DNA from: Rhodospirillales bacterium
GTDB taxonomy: Bacteria; Pseudomonadota; Alphaproteobacteria; Bin95
Direction of reading: 5' to 3'
DNA: 64,000 bases
Assembly: GCA_038143065.1 (NCBI GenBank)
Contig: JAYQLI010000035.1
Coordinates: 1,792,894 to 1,856,893 of the forward strand
Positions 31,042-41,762 of this stretch are shown in pieces (position 1 is the stretch's first letter; every line of letters begins with the position of its first letter). Position numbers and translations under genes: made by a program. Below the pieces are notes generated by a model. The model made no database searches and was not told the DNA's origin. It saw only the letters and a program-made list of their open reading frames with translations.

Positions 31042-32325
31042 ATGACCCCCAGCGCAATTTTAGCCGCAACAATTGAGATTATGGAGCAACAAGTGGAGCG
31101 GTCAGGTCCTTTAGACCTAATTACTGGCCGCTACCTTCGCCAACGAAGATACATCGGCTCAAAAGACCGGTCATCACTCATGGTTCGTGTCTTTGGACTA
31201 GCTCGCAGGCATTTTCGAATTGGGTGGCGCTTAGAACAGGCCGGTGCACCTACGACACCTCGCGCTCGTGTTATTGCGGACCTGTTACTTACTGACGACC
31301 TGGAGTTGGATACTATTTCAGATCTATTTAATGGAGAGGGTCATGCTCCAAGAGCCCTAGATTCTTCTGAATGGAACTGGCTACTTCGGTTAGGCTCACC
31401 GCCTCTGGAAACTAGTGAAATGCCAGCGCCAGTGCGACTGGAGTGTCCGGACTGGGCTTGGGACGGCATGAATAAGGCTTTCGGCGAAAAAACCGAGATG
31501 CAACTTCACTCCCTTCTTCAGGAAGCTCCACTAGATCTCAGGGTTAATACACTCAAAACTGATACAAGAAGAGCTTTAAATGCAATTAAAAAAGCAGGTT
31601 TTCTTGCGGAATACACCCCCCTTTCAGTCACAGGCATAAGGCTAGAGCAGAGAGTAGCGCTTGGCCGACTGCCAGGACTACTAGAGGGATCTGTTGACCC
31701 CCAGGATGAAGGTTCTCAATTAGCAGCAGCGGCCCTGAACCCACAGCCAGGCGAACGGATCGCTGACTTTTGTGCAGGTGCAGGCGGCAAGACCCTCGCT
31801 ATGGCTGCCGCCATGAGAAATAAGGGAAGAATCCTCGCCCTTGATGATGACCAAAGGCGCCTGGACCGAGCTGCCCCCAGATTGGCAAAAGCTGGCGTAG
31901 ATATTGTAGAGAGGCGACTTCTTACGCCAGGTCGAGATACTTGGCTTAAGCGACAGGCTGGCAAATTTGACGGCGTTCTTATTGATGCTCCCTGCTCCGG
32001 GGTCGGGGCATGGCGCCGAAACCCAGATGCTCGATGGGGCCGTGGACAACCAGACCTTGCAAGCTTAACCAAGTTACAGTCAGAAATTCTCGATCGCGCT
32101 GCACGTCTTGTAAAACCAGGAGGAAGACTAGTTTACGTAACATGTTCGTTAATTCCTGAAGAAAATGAATTACAAACAAGTGCATTTCTTTCACGAACCG
32201 CAGGGTTTTCTTACGGAACTTCCATTAATTTTCCTGTAAAGACTGATAAAGGTCATGTCACACTAACTCCAAGCGATACCGGGACTGATGGGTTTTTTAT
32301 TGCTTGGCTGAATCGAGAAATATGA
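31042..32325 (+). CDS. RsmB/NOP family RNA m5C methyltransferase
   Basis: MTPSA start, QDEGSQ, DFCAGAGGKT, DAPCSG, YVTCS, TDGFF. Confidence 0.92.
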   Translation: MTPSAILAATIEIMEQQVERSGPLDLITGRYLRQRRYIGSKDRSSLMVRVFGLARRHFRIGWRLEQAGAPTTPRARVIADLLLTDDLELDTISDLFNGEGHAPRALDSSEWNWLLRLGSPPLETSEMPAPVRLECPDWAWDGMNKAFGEKTEMQLHSLLQEAPLDLRVNTLKTDTRRALNAIKKAGFLAEYTPLSVTGIRLEQRVALGRLPGLLEGSVDPQDEGSQLAAAALNPQPGERIADFCAGAGGKTLAMAAAMRNKGRILALDDDQRRLDRAAPRLAKAGVDIVERRLLTPGRDTWLKRQAGKFDGVLIDAPCSGVGAWRRNPDARWGRGQPDLASLTKLQSEILDRAARLVKPGGRLVYVTCSLIPEENELQTSAFLSRTAGFSYGTSINFPVKTDKGHVTLTPSDTGTDGFFIAWLNREI

Positions 32326-32349
32326 TCCATTAACGTTCAATCCGCGTAA
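32323..32349 (+). promoter_or_regulatory. RpoE (ChrR-regulated ECF sigma) promoter
   Basis: TGATCC-N15-GCGTAA overlapping the rsmB stop codon, about 68 nt upstream of chrR. Confidence 0.65.
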
Positions 32350-32416
32350 CAACTCAAAATGAACTAAAACTGTTCGGTGTTAAGGTTCAATTGAAAAGGA
32401 TTAGGTAAGGTTGAAA

Positions 32417-33061
32417 ATGTCCAACGAGTTCCACGTGGCTGAGGAAGACCTCTTTAATTATGGGGCAGGCGCTTTAGAGGAAGCATGGAGTCTGGCAATA
32501 GCTGCGCATCTGTCATTCTGTACTTCTTGTCGGTCAGCAACAGAACAGTTCGAAGCACTCGGCGGAATTACACTAGAGGACCTATCCCCTTCAGAATTGG
32601 ATGCAAACTCCCTAGCTTTATGCCTAAAAAAACTTGATGCTCAAGCTCCTGAGGGTAAAGAGTTTAGTGTCTCCAAAGGTAGTATCCTGCCTGGTGTGCT
32701 TCAAAAATATGTTGGACCTAACTTAGACCAAATCCAATGGAAAAGTGTTGGCGGAGGGGTAAAGCAGGCGATCATTCCAACTAAAGGCAAGGCCACCGCT
32801 CGTTTGCTTCGTATACCTCCAGGCGTCGCAGTCCCTGAGCACAGCCATAATGGAACAGAATTAACCGTTGTTTTAGCGGGCTCTTATGCAGACGGGACTC
32901 GGCGGTTCGAGCGTGGTGACATCCAACAAGCTGACACGGAGGTGCACCACTCCCCTAGCGTTGTTGGAGCTGAAGAATGCGTGTGCTTAGTTGCAACTGA
33001 CGCACCCCTTAAATTTAAATCTATTGTGCCAAGAGTAGTACAAAAATTTATCAATCTTTGA
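32417..33061 (+). CDS. chrR: Anti-sigma factor ChrR
   Basis: ZAS motif H...HLSFCTSC and C-terminal cupin PEHSH.G.ELT.VL.G, H.P, C.CL. Confidence 0.9.
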   Translation: MSNEFHVAEEDLFNYGAGALEEAWSLAIAAHLSFCTSCRSATEQFEALGGITLEDLSPSELDANSLALCLKKLDAQAPEGKEFSVSKGSILPGVLQKYVGPNLDQIQWKSVGGGVKQAIIPTKGKATARLLRIPPGVAVPEHSHNGTELTVVLAGSYADGTRRFERGDIQQADTEVHHSPSVVGAEECVCLVATDAPLKFKSIVPRVVQKFINL

Positions 33062-33155
33062 GACTAATTATATAGTCTAGACCTCAATGCCGCCGCGGCT
33101 ACGAAGGCGACGTTGTCTTACCGCAACCAAAATCCTAACATCCTGCTGCCCATGA

Positions 33156-34202
33156 CTAAGCCGCAGTTTCAAATGATTTAAAATTCGACGGAATTAGTTT
33201 TATTTTTGAAATTAAATCAGTGTGACGATCATCTTCGATATCATCTGGCAAATCCAATCTTATGGTATCAACGACACCTCCAAAAGATTCAGATATCGCT
33301 TGTGGCAGATTTTCGTAAGTTCCAATTGCCGCGAACAGAGCGACGACGTCATCGGAAACCTCTCCAGCAAGTTCTGACCAACGCCCTTCCTTAGACATCG
33401 CGTGGAGTTTCAAGCCCAGATCCTCAAGACCATGCTGCTCAAATACTGGCAAATAGGTGCGAGTCGACCCATAAACCCCATCACGGTATCGAGCCCAATC
33501 TAAACGTTTTTTAACAGCCTCCTCATCTGGTCCAGTACAAATGAAACCTCCTCCGGAAATCTCGACTGCAGCGCGTTTGCGATTTGCCCGCGCCATACCT
33601 TCTTCAATCTTAGGCATACAAACGTTTTCAATATATTTTCGAGTGCAGAAGCTGTGGAGACGAACGCCATCAGCAACTCGACCAGCCATTCGAAGCATGT
33701 CAGGCCCAACCGCGGCTAGACTTATTGGAGGCAAAGAAAACCCGGTCTTTGGTGGAGAAAATTCTGGTGTCATTAAAGTGAATTGATAGTGCTCACCTTC
33801 AAATTTTAGTGGCTCTCCATATTCCCAACAACGCCAAATAGCTCGGATTGATTGAACGTATTCACGAAGACGCGGCACGGGTGCGAACCAAGGTGTAGAA
33901 AATCGGCGCTCATTATGACCCTTTACTTGAGAGCCCAACCCAAGCTCAAACCGGCCGCCCGACTGTGCATTAAGATCCCAACCAATATTAGCGGTAATCA
34001 TTGGGCTCCGCGGAAAAGCAACCGCAATAGATGTACCAAGCTGGACTTTTTGTGTTTCTTGGGACGCCAGAGCCAATGGCATAAAGGGATCGTGGGCGAG
34101 TTCAGAACTAGCAACACCATCATACCCAGCAGCCTCGGCCCACTGCGCCCGGGATAACGCTCGTCGCCAGTTATCAGTGGGCAATTGGCAAATAACTCGC
34201 AT
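33156..34202 (-). CDS. LLM-class oxidoreductase, probably F420-dependent (TIGR03617-like)
   Basis: SELAHDPF, IAVAFPRSP, GLGSQVKGHNERRF, YQFTLMTP, YGST. Confidence 0.82.
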   Translation of the reverse strand: MRVICQLPTDNWRRALSRAQWAEAAGYDGVASSELAHDPFMPLALASQETQKVQLGTSIAVAFPRSPMITANIGWDLNAQSGGRFELGLGSQVKGHNERRFSTPWFAPVPRLREYVQSIRAIWRCWEYGEPLKFEGEHYQFTLMTPEFSPPKTGFSLPPISLAAVGPDMLRMAGRVADGVRLHSFCTRKYIENVCMPKIEEGMARANRKRAAVEISGGGFICTGPDEEAVKKRLDWARYRDGVYGSTRTYLPVFEQHGLEDLGLKLHAMSKEGRWSELAGEVSDDVVALFAAIGTYENLPQAISESFGGVVDTIRLDLPDDIEDDRHTDLISKIKLIPSNFKSFETAA

Positions 34203-34313
34203 AACGATTTCCTGTCTGCTTTTGTTAAGTAAAATTTAATCAAACCTAACCCAAGATCAAAATGAAGACTAAGCTCACTAGCTATTTTAATAAAGCGGGC
34301 CTACATAGCGTTA

Positions 34314-34485
34314 GCGTGGGGTAAGCTGCGCGATGCGTTAGGACCTTAGAAATCCCGGGGCCGATATCGAAGCTCCAGGGAGCTGTCACTGCAGGGGATC
34401 GTGGTCTCCTACAAACGGCGCCCACCTCACTTGGTGAGGTCCCGGAGGATTCGTTCCAGTCCGACGGTCAAGCGGCACCCTACGC
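34314..34485 (+). ncRNA. ssrS: 6S RNA
   Basis: Terminal stem GCGTGGGGT..GCTGC / GCGGCACCCTACGC; alpha-type internal motifs CCGGGGCC, GGGAGCTGTC, GCCCACCT; directly upstream of ygfA. Confidence 0.85.
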
Positions 34486-34505
34486 ACCCCCAAGGGATAA
34501 AGAGC

Positions 34506-35087
34506 ATGCTCCCAATTGCTTCTGCAAAAATCTCCCTGCGCAAAGAAATGACAGCGCGCCGAAGGCATTTATTCAGCCAGAAACCAGGCGCTGGAGAGAT
34601 AATTGCGCAGATTGCATTAAGCCAGGGGCTCACGAAAACGGATGATATAATAAGCGTCTACTGGCCGATAAATAGCGAGCTGGACTGCAGACCTTTAATA
34701 CACGCTCTATGGCAAATTGGTCGACGCGTTGCTCTGCCAACTTCCTCTGAACACAGTAACCTCCTGGTGTTTCGCCGTTTCGCATCTGACACTTCTTTAG
34801 TGCCAGGTCTCTTTGGAACCCTACAGCCTCCAGATTCAGCGATTGCTGTTGAACCAAATATTCTTTTCCTGCCTCTACTCGCATTTGATGCATCTGGCAG
34901 GCGACTTGGATATGGTGGCGGTTTCTATGACCGAAGCCTCACAAAGCTCCGAAAGAATAAATTGGTAAAAGCGTACGGCCTCGCTTTTTCAGAGCAAGAG
35001 CGTGAACGAGTACCAACAGATGCCCTTGACCAGCCTCTAGACGGTATTCTAACCGAATTGGGTTTTCGGAAATTTGATTATAGCTAA
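34506..35087 (+). CDS. ygfA: 5-formyltetrahydrofolate cyclo-ligase
   Basis: K..LR, YWPI..E, PLLAFD..G.RLGYGGGFYDR. Confidence 0.93.
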   Translation: MLPIASAKISLRKEMTARRRHLFSQKPGAGEIIAQIALSQGLTKTDDIISVYWPINSELDCRPLIHALWQIGRRVALPTSSEHSNLLVFRRFASDTSLVPGLFGTLQPPDSAIAVEPNILFLPLLAFDASGRRLGYGGGFYDRSLTKLRKNKLVKAYGLAFSEQERERVPTDALDQPLDGILTELGFRKFDYS

Positions 35088-35109
35088 AAGAAATTTGTAG
35101 AGGTTTTCT

Positions 35110-35913
35110 ATGCGCATACTGTTCCTTGGAGATATAGTTGGGCGTTCTGGGCGCGAAGCTGTTGTTGCTGCAGCGCCACGCCTTCGCGATAGCTTAGACC
35201 TCGATCTTCTTGTGGTTAATGGGGAAAATTCAGCCCATGGCTTTGGCATCACACCCAAAATCTGCAAAGAGCTCTATGCATCAGGTGTAAACGTCATAAC
35301 GACGGGCAATCACGTTTGGGACAATCGTGAAATCCTCACCCATATTGACGACGATAAAAAACTGGTGAGGCCACTGAACTACCCAACCGGGACACCTGGC
35401 CGTGGTTGGGCAATTGTAGAAACTGAAAGAGCTGGAAAAGCTCTCATCGCAAATGTAATGCTCCGTCTATTTATGGATCCCCTTGATTGCCCATTTCAAG
35501 CAATGGACAAGGTCATGGCCACTGCACTCCTAGGACAAGATGTTTCAGCCATCGTGATCGACATGCATGGAGAAGCCACGAGTGAGAAAAGGGCTTTAGG
35601 CCACTTCCTAGATGGTCGAGCCTCTTTAGTAGTGGGTACTCACTCGCATGTTCCAACCGCAGATGGTCACATCATGACCGGAGGAACAGCCTACCTAACT
35701 GATGCTGGCATGTGTGGTGACTATGACTCAGTAATTGGCATGAGGAAGGAAGTGTCGGTCCAAACTTTTCGCAGCAAGCGGCGGGGAGAAAGAATGGGCC
35801 CAGCAGATGGCCAGGGATCTTTGGCCGGTGTTTTTGTCGAAACAGACTCAAAAACTGGTCTAGCGAAAGAAATTCGACCTTTTAGGGAGGGGTTTGGGTT
35901 AGAGCCCTCATAA
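35110..35913 (+). CDS. YmdB-like metallophosphoesterase (TIGR00282)
   Basis: FLGDIVGRSGR, NGENSAHG, TGNHVWD, HGEATSEK, GTHSHV. Confidence 0.93.
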   Translation: MRILFLGDIVGRSGREAVVAAAPRLRDSLDLDLLVVNGENSAHGFGITPKICKELYASGVNVITTGNHVWDNREILTHIDDDKKLVRPLNYPTGTPGRGWAIVETERAGKALIANVMLRLFMDPLDCPFQAMDKVMATALLGQDVSAIVIDMHGEATSEKRALGHFLDGRASLVVGTHSHVPTADGHIMTGGTAYLTDAGMCGDYDSVIGMRKEVSVQTFRSKRRGERMGPADGQGSLAGVFVETDSKTGLAKEIRPFREGFGLEPS

Positions 35914-36244
35914 TATTGGGACAACCTCCTAATATCTTTCCGGTTTTCCAAGCCTGGATTTTAGTAACTAAAATTAACTGAATGTAGCTACCCCTCATGT
36001 TTCACTTATCAAATGCTTTAGCTGCCTAATTATCGATATTGCTATGAGCCAATAGGGGCTCTCTATAGAGGCGCTCAAACAGTCAAAATCCCTAAAATAA
36101 AATTAGGTTTTGTTAATGACAGTATCTTGTTTATCTCGAACTCCCACACTTTATCTTGAGCGGTTCGTTGGCGAACCTGCCGACTTTGAGTATGATCAAA
36201 CCTGGTACAAAATATCATCGAAATATTGGCAGTAGGTAACAGCA

Positions 36245-37000
36245 ATGGCGGGCCACTCACAATTTAAGAATATCATGCATCGTAAAGGCGCTCAGGATGC
36301 AAAACGCGCCAAGATATTTACCCGCATCGGTCGAGAAATAATGGTAGCTGTCAAAACAGGCGGCGGACCAGATCCTTCAGGAAATCCTGCTCTTAGGGCT
36401 GCGATCCAAGCGGCTCGTGGTGCAAATATGCCTAATGACCGTATTGACCGTGCTATCAAACGCGCATCAGGCGCGGATGGAGAAGCAGAAAACTTCGAAG
36501 AAGTTCGGTATGAAGGATATGGACCAGGTGGGGTTGCATTGATCGTTGAGACCCTTACAGACAACCGCAATCGAACAGCGGCTGACGTTCGCGCAGCTTT
36601 TAATAAATATGGTGGCTCCCTAGGAGAAACTAACTCAGTCGCTTTCATGTTTGACCGAGTGGGGCTCGTTATTTACGAGGACCCCAAGCTTGACCACGAC
36701 ACAGTTTTTGAAGCAGCACTGGAAGCCGGAGCAGAAGACGTTCAATCCAGCGAAGAACTGCATGAAATTTTCACAGCGGCCGATGATCTTTCCAACGTTC
36801 GAGAAAGCCTTGAAGGTGCCTTTGGCTCACCTTCTTCAGCAAGACTAGCTTGGCGACCACAAAATTCCACGCCTGTTGATACTGATAAAGCTCACACCTT
36901 GATGAAGTTACTTGAAGTCCTGGATGAGCATGATGACGTCCAAACCATTTTTGGTAATTACGATATACCCGATGATGTGATGGCTGAGCTTGCCAACTAA
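36245..37000 (+). CDS. yebC: YebC/PmpR family protein
   Basis: [29 protein letters not shown]. Confidence 0.96.
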   Translation: MAGHSQFKNIMHRKGAQDAKRAKIFTRIGREIMVAVKTGGGPDPSGNPALRAAIQAARGANMPNDRIDRAIKRASGADGEAENFEEVRYEGYGPGGVALIVETLTDNRNRTAADVRAAFNKYGGSLGETNSVAFMFDRVGLVIYEDPKLDHDTVFEAALEAGAEDVQSSEELHEIFTAADDLSNVRESLEGAFGSPSSARLAWRPQNSTPVDTDKAHTLMKLLEVLDEHDDVQTIFGNYDIPDDVMAELAN

Positions 37001-37001
37001 G

Positions 37002-37514
37002 ATGTCATCACCTCGTCGTATAATTGGTCTTGACCCTGGATTGCAGCGGACCGGGTGGGGTGTGATCGTGGCCGAAGGGAACCGCCTTTCACATGTAGCT
37101 AACGGTGTTATACAAACACTGGCAAAAGCACCTATTCCTGAACGCTTAACTGAAATAGATGCGGGTATATCTGCAGTAATAAGTGAATTTCACCCGGATG
37201 AAGCAGCTGTCGAGGAAACATTTTTGAATAGAAATCCCGGCACAACCTTAAAGCTTGGACTAGCTCGCGGGGTTGTTCTACTTACCCCAGCACGAGCTGG
37301 ACTGCCGGTATCAGAATACGCTGCTAAAGAAGTAAAAAAATCGTTAGTTGGTTATGGTTCAGCGGATAAAACGCAAGTAGCCGCAATGGCCTCTCGCTTA
37401 TTACCCGGTGTCGAATTTGCTAATGAGGACGCAGCTGATGCCATTGCAGTAGCAATTTGTCATGCACACGCCAGTCAAACTATGAACCGGTGGGCTAAGG
37501 TCGCCAATCTATGA
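37002..37514 (+). CDS. ruvC: Holliday junction resolvase
   Basis: GLDPGL..TGWG, EETF, ARG, DAADAIAVA. Confidence 0.96.
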   Translation: MSSPRRIIGLDPGLQRTGWGVIVAEGNRLSHVANGVIQTLAKAPIPERLTEIDAGISAVISEFHPDEAAVEETFLNRNPGTTLKLGLARGVVLLTPARAGLPVSEYAAKEVKKSLVGYGSADKTQVAAMASRLLPGVEFANEDAADAIAVAICHAHASQTMNRWAKVANL

Positions 37515-38128
37515 TAGGCCGTCTAACAGGAATTGTTGAAGACTTGGGTGGCAATCAAGCAATCGTCGACGTCAATGGCGTAGGCTACCTTGTTTATTGC
37601 TCATCAAAAACACTTGCCGTTGCCGAAACGGGTTCGCCTGTGCAGCTAGAAATAGAAACACAAGTGCGGGAAGATGCATTCATTCTTTATGCATTTGCGG
37701 CAAAACAAGAAAAAAACTGGTTCAAACTCCTGACCAGCGTGCAAGGTGTAGGTGGTCGAGTGGCGTTACAAATTCTGTCTGCTCTTGGACAAGATGAACT
37801 TGCTACGGCTATTCTTTCTGAGGATAGGAAGGCTGTTTCCCGTGCCGATGGTGTTGGCCCTAAGCTAGCACAACGTATTATCTCGGTTCTCAAAGACCGG
37901 GTAATTGAAACTGACAGCGCCCCAAATATTTTGCATCCAAGTGGTGAAGCAAGCTCAAGCAGTCAAAGTGGGGCAGAGCACACGGAAGCTATTTCGGCCC
38001 TTGTAAATTTAGGGTACGGACGTGCAGAGGCATTCTCTGCCGTATCGCGTGCCGTGAGCAACATTGGAACAGATGAAACGCTGTCTGCTCTTATAACGGC
38101 ATCGCTTAAAGAGGCGGCTGGTTCATGA
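37511..38128 (+). CDS. ruvA: Holliday junction DNA-binding subunit
   Basis: MIGRLTG, DVNGVGY, VQGVG, GVGPKLA. Confidence 0.96.
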   Translation: MIGRLTGIVEDLGGNQAIVDVNGVGYLVYCSSKTLAVAETGSPVQLEIETQVREDAFILYAFAAKQEKNWFKLLTSVQGVGGRVALQILSALGQDELATAILSEDRKAVSRADGVGPKLAQRIISVLKDRVIETDSAPNILHPSGEASSSSQSGAEHTEAISALVNLGYGRAEAFSAVSRAVSNIGTDETLSALITASLKEAAGS

Positions 38129-39150
38129 CGGAAGATCGTCTTATTGATGCTTTGGCTCATGACGATGATTCTGGTGAAGCCTCCATGCGGCCAGAACGTC
38201 TGTCAGACTTTGTTGGCCAAGCTAAAGTGCGTGAAAACTTAGAAGTTTTTGTAAAGGCAGCAAAAAATCGAGGTGATGCACTAGACCATGTGCTTTTGAT
38301 TGGTCCCCCAGGCCTCGGTAAAACAACGTTAGCGCAGATTGTGGCAGCTGAACTGGGTGTTGGTTTTCGAGCAACTTCAGGGCCAGTAGTGGCGCGCGCC
38401 GGTGACCTTGCTGCCCTCCTTACAAACTTACAGCCCCGTGATGTACTTTTCATTGACGAAATACATCGTCTTATTCCTGCCGTAGAAGAAATTCTCTATC
38501 CAGCAATGGAAGACTTTCATCTGGACTTAATCATAGGAGAAGGACCAGCGGCGCGCTCAGTCCGTATCGACTTGCCTCCATTTACCCTAGTAGCGGCAAC
38601 AACTAGAGCTGGACTGGTGCAAGGACCTCTTCGGGACCGGTTTGGGATCCCACTACGCCTTGGTTTTTACACTGTGGAGGAATTATCCCGTATTGTTATG
38701 CGAGGCGCAGGAATTCTTTCCACCTCTATGACACTAGATGGAGCCGAAGAAATAGCTAGGCGGTCGCGCGGCACTCCGAGAATTGCTGGACGACTACTCC
38801 GCCGGGTCAGAGACTTCGCTGCAGTTGAGGGCCTTGATAACATAGATGCCCATGCAGCCGATCGAGCATTGTTGAGATTGGAAGTTGATTCGGAAGGTTT
38901 AGATGCCATGGATCGCCGCTATCTTGCCTGCTTGGCAGAACGTTACAACGGAGGACCAGCTGGGGCGGAAGCACTGGCGGCTGCACTCGCTGAACAAAGG
39001 GACGTAATTGAAGACGTCATAGAGCCTTTTCTTATTCAACAAGGCTTTGTGCTAAGAACGCCAAGAGGGCGCATGCTACCCCCTAAAGGCTACCAAGCAA
39101 TTGGGATTATGCCACCTACAAAATCAGGCGAGGGGGATCTGTTCAACTAA
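38125..39150 (+). CDS. ruvB: Holliday junction branch-migration helicase
   Basis: [24 protein letters not shown]. Confidence 0.97.
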   Translation: MTEDRLIDALAHDDDSGEASMRPERLSDFVGQAKVRENLEVFVKAAKNRGDALDHVLLIGPPGLGKTTLAQIVAAELGVGFRATSGPVVARAGDLAALLTNLQPRDVLFIDEIHRLIPAVEEILYPAMEDFHLDLIIGEGPAARSVRIDLPPFTLVAATTRAGLVQGPLRDRFGIPLRLGFYTVEELSRIVMRGAGILSTSMTLDGAEEIARRSRGTPRIAGRLLRRVRDFAAVEGLDNIDAHAADRALLRLEVDSEGLDAMDRRYLACLAERYNGGPAGAEALAAALAEQRDVIEDVIEPFLIQQGFVLRTPRGRMLPPKGYQAIGIMPPTKSGEGDLFN

Positions 39151-39548
39151 TGAACAGTGCCGCCCCCGAAACCCTCTCGCTCCGAGTGTACTACGAAGAT
39201 ACAGACGCTGGCGGAATTGTTTATCATGCCGCTTATCTTCGGTTTGCAGAACGCGGGAGGACAGAATTTGTCCGAAAACTTGGCATAGACCAGCAACAGT
39301 TGCGCGCTGAAACAGGTTCGGGCTTCGTTGTGACGTCGCTTACCATCGATTATCTGAAACCCGCTTTCCTCGACGACAATTTAACGATCACCACGGAAAT
39401 TGATCGTATTCGACCTGCAAGTGTGAATTTTAAACAGACAGTGGCTCGGGAGAGACAAATTATAGCCCATCTTAAAGTTCGAGTTGCATGTGTAGATGGT
39501 GATGGACGTTTAACACGACTACCAAGAGCTTTTGCTATATCGCCTTAG
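39150..39548 (+). CDS. ybgC: Tol-Pal-associated acyl-CoA thioesterase
   Basis: RVYYEDTDAGGIVYHA.YL.F.ER.RTE. Confidence 0.93.
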   Translation: MNSAAPETLSLRVYYEDTDAGGIVYHAAYLRFAERGRTEFVRKLGIDQQQLRAETGSGFVVTSLTIDYLKPAFLDDNLTITTEIDRIRPASVNFKQTVARERQIIAHLKVRVACVDGDGRLTRLPRAFAISP

Positions 39549-39582
39549 TTCCGCCCTTTTTTTGGCTAGAAAGAATAAAATT

Positions 39583-40296
39583 ATGGATAATACAATTGTA
39601 TCTGAGGCTGTTAGCCAGTCTGGTGGACTTTCCCCAGTAGAGCTTTTTCTCGCCGCAGACTTCGTCGTTAAGACAGTAATGGCAATATTGCTCGCTCTAT
39701 CAGTCTGGTGCTGGGCTGTAATTGTAGCCAAGTGGCGTTTAATCGTTCAGCTTAATAAAGATGCTTCCGATTTTGAGGATGCATTTTGGTCCGGTGGATC
39801 ACTTGATGAGCTTTACGATAGAGTTAACGGCAATCCTTCCGATCCTATGACATCTGTTTTTTCTGTCGCCATGCGTGAATGGCGCCGTGCCGCGAATAAA
39901 GACCCCAAGAAAAATTTTGGCGTAGGCCTAAAAGAACGCTTAGACCGAGTAATGTCTGTAGCTATCGGTAGGGAAATGTCACTAGTTGAGAAGGGCATGA
40001 CAGTTCTCGCCTCAACTGGGTCGACAGCTCCATTTATCGGTCTCTTTGGAACAGTCTGGGGTATTATGAATAGCTTTGGCGCCATTGCTGCTGAAAAGAC
40101 CACAAATCTTGCCGTCGTAGCACCCGGGATTGCAGAGGCTCTATTTGCCACTGCAATGGGTTTATTCGCTGCAATTCCTGCTTCCCTTGCCTACAATAAA
40201 TTTGCGGCAGACATGAATCAGTATTCAGGCCGACTTGAGACTTTTGCTGGTGATTTCCAAGCAATTCTCTCCCGTCAAATTGATGAGGAGGGATAG
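39583..40296 (+). CDS. tolQ: TolQ
   Basis: PFIGLFGTVWGIMNSF, VAPGIAEAL. Confidence 0.95.
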   Translation: MDNTIVSEAVSQSGGLSPVELFLAADFVVKTVMAILLALSVWCWAVIVAKWRLIVQLNKDASDFEDAFWSGGSLDELYDRVNGNPSDPMTSVFSVAMREWRRAANKDPKKNFGVGLKERLDRVMSVAIGREMSLVEKGMTVLASTGSTAPFIGLFGTVWGIMNSFGAIAAEKTTNLAVVAPGIAEALFATAMGLFAAIPASLAYNKFAADMNQYSGRLETFAGDFQAILSRQIDEEG

Positions 40297-40299
40297 AGC

Positions 40300-40740
40300 A
40301 TGGCGGGTGGCCTGATTGGGCGCAGCACTGGAAATAGGCGAGGACGTCATAGACCTCTGGCTGAAATAAATGTGACACCATTCGTTGATGTTATGCTGGT
40401 GCTTTTAATTGTTTTTATGGTCACCGCACCACTTTTAACCGTAGGAGTTCCTGTCGAACTACCAAAGACGGCAGCAGCTCAGCTTGTCGACCGAGACGAG
40501 CCTCTAATTGTCACTGTAGATAGCGAAGGGCGCGTCTTTCTTCAGGAGACTGAACGCAGTTTAGATGCCTTGATTGCCACACTGAACGCAATTCGTGCTG
40601 AGAAGCCAGATGGCACTATCTATGTGAGAGGCGATAAAGAAATAGCTTATGGCGAAGTAATGCAGGTTATGGGAGCTCTGGTTAAAGCAGGCATTACGAA
40701 GCTTTCACTTGTAGCTGAAACACCTAATTCAGGTCGTTGA
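40300..40740 (+). CDS. tolR: TolR
   Basis: EINVTPFVDVMLVLLIVFMVTAP. Confidence 0.95.
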   Translation: MAGGLIGRSTGNRRGRHRPLAEINVTPFVDVMLVLLIVFMVTAPLLTVGVPVELPKTAAAQLVDRDEPLIVTVDSEGRVFLQETERSLDALIATLNAIRAEKPDGTIYVRGDKEIAYGEVMQVMGALVKAGITKLSLVAETPNSGR

Positions 40741-40744
40741 GCCC

Positions 40745-41752
40745 GTGCATGGCAACATACTCGTCTCATTTTTGGGCCATATTGCCCTTATCCTCGTGAT
40801 GGCTTTTGGCCTACCAAGTTTTTTTCAGCCGGAAGAAACTGGTTTAACGGCTAACAGCGTTGGGATTATTAGCGAGGTTCAACTTGCAGAGCTTACAAGT
40901 GGTGGATTGCCGCCACCGAAAGATGCAAAGAAAAGTAAAACCTCCGAGGCGAAAACTCGCCCCACTCCCGCTGCCAAATCGAAAGAAGCTAATTCAGCAA
41001 CCTCGCCTAGGTTAGCCCCAACTTCGGCAAAAAAATCATCTAAAACCACGAAAGCCAATTCTTCAGCAAAATCACCGACAGCTAAAACAGCTCCTCGCCC
41101 ATTACCACCAAAACGGGCTAAGTCTTCGGAAGCGAAGAAACCTAAGCCTGAAACAACTAAAACTAAACCGCCTAAATTAGCAGCGCGAACATCGACAGAA
41201 AAACTCCAAACTAAAAAACAGGCCCCTGTGCCGCCACGCCGTACAGTTGAGGCAAAGCCTCCACAAAAATCGGCACCTAAACCTCAGCCCCCAAAACCTG
41301 CAGTCAAACCAAAGCCCAAGAAAAACGCAGATGATGCATTCGCCAACCTAATTGGGGGTGCCATTGGGGTCGAAAATAAAAAAGATGATATGAGTGCGAT
41401 TGCTGACGCGTTGGGCGTTGGTGTATCCAGCGGCCCTTTATCCAACACTATTCAACAAGCTATAGCATCGCGACTTGGAATGTGCTGGACTCCATTAAAG
41501 GGAGCGCCAGGAGCAGAAGATCTTATCGTTGAAGTTAGAATTCGATTATTGCCCACTTCAGAAGTAGACCAAGTTGAGATAGTCAAAAGACCCCCAGGTC
41601 AATTCGGCAATGTAGCCGCTCAGAGAGCGGAACAAGCTGTGCGCAAATGTAATCCATTTAACAAATCAGGTATTTTAACGCTGCCATTAAATAAATATCG
41701 AGACTGGCGAGAAATGCGTATTACCTTCGATCCCCGCAAGTACACAGGTTAG
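40745..41752 (+). CDS. tolA: TolA-like cell envelope protein
   Basis: N-terminal TM with S..H motif, K/P/A-rich linker, C-terminal CW...C.P...FDP; lies between tolR and tolB. Confidence 0.85.
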   Translation: MHGNILVSFLGHIALILVMAFGLPSFFQPEETGLTANSVGIISEVQLAELTSGGLPPPKDAKKSKTSEAKTRPTPAAKSKEANSATSPRLAPTSAKKSSKTTKANSSAKSPTAKTAPRPLPPKRAKSSEAKKPKPETTKTKPPKLAARTSTEKLQTKKQAPVPPRRTVEAKPPQKSAPKPQPPKPAVKPKPKKNADDAFANLIGGAIGVENKKDDMSAIADALGVGVSSGPLSNTIQQAIASRLGMCWTPLKGAPGAEDLIVEVRIRLLPTSEVDQVEIVKRPPGQFGNVAAQRAEQAVRKCNPFNKSGILTLPLNKYRDWREMRITFDPRKYTG

Positions 41753-41762
41753 GAACTCCCGA

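Noticed and set aside
30508-32325. Apparent 605-aa Smr-RsmB fusion protein
   Set aside because: Adding one G in CACGGGGAG restores the canonical Smr ending HGGEGALYV and a stop at 31040, with rsmB starting at ATG 31042. It is most likely a homopolymer artefact.
33465-33495. LLM motif RDGVYGST instead of an R(V/I)xFYGST-like sequence
   Set aside because: Explainable by a local pair of compensating indels.
34401-34505. N-terminal extension of the ygfA ORF
   Set aside because: It overlaps the 6S RNA; the true start is at 34506 or later.
40900-41330. Lys/Pro/Ala low-complexity repeats
   Set aside because: This is the normal TolA periplasmic linker, not a DNA repeat element.
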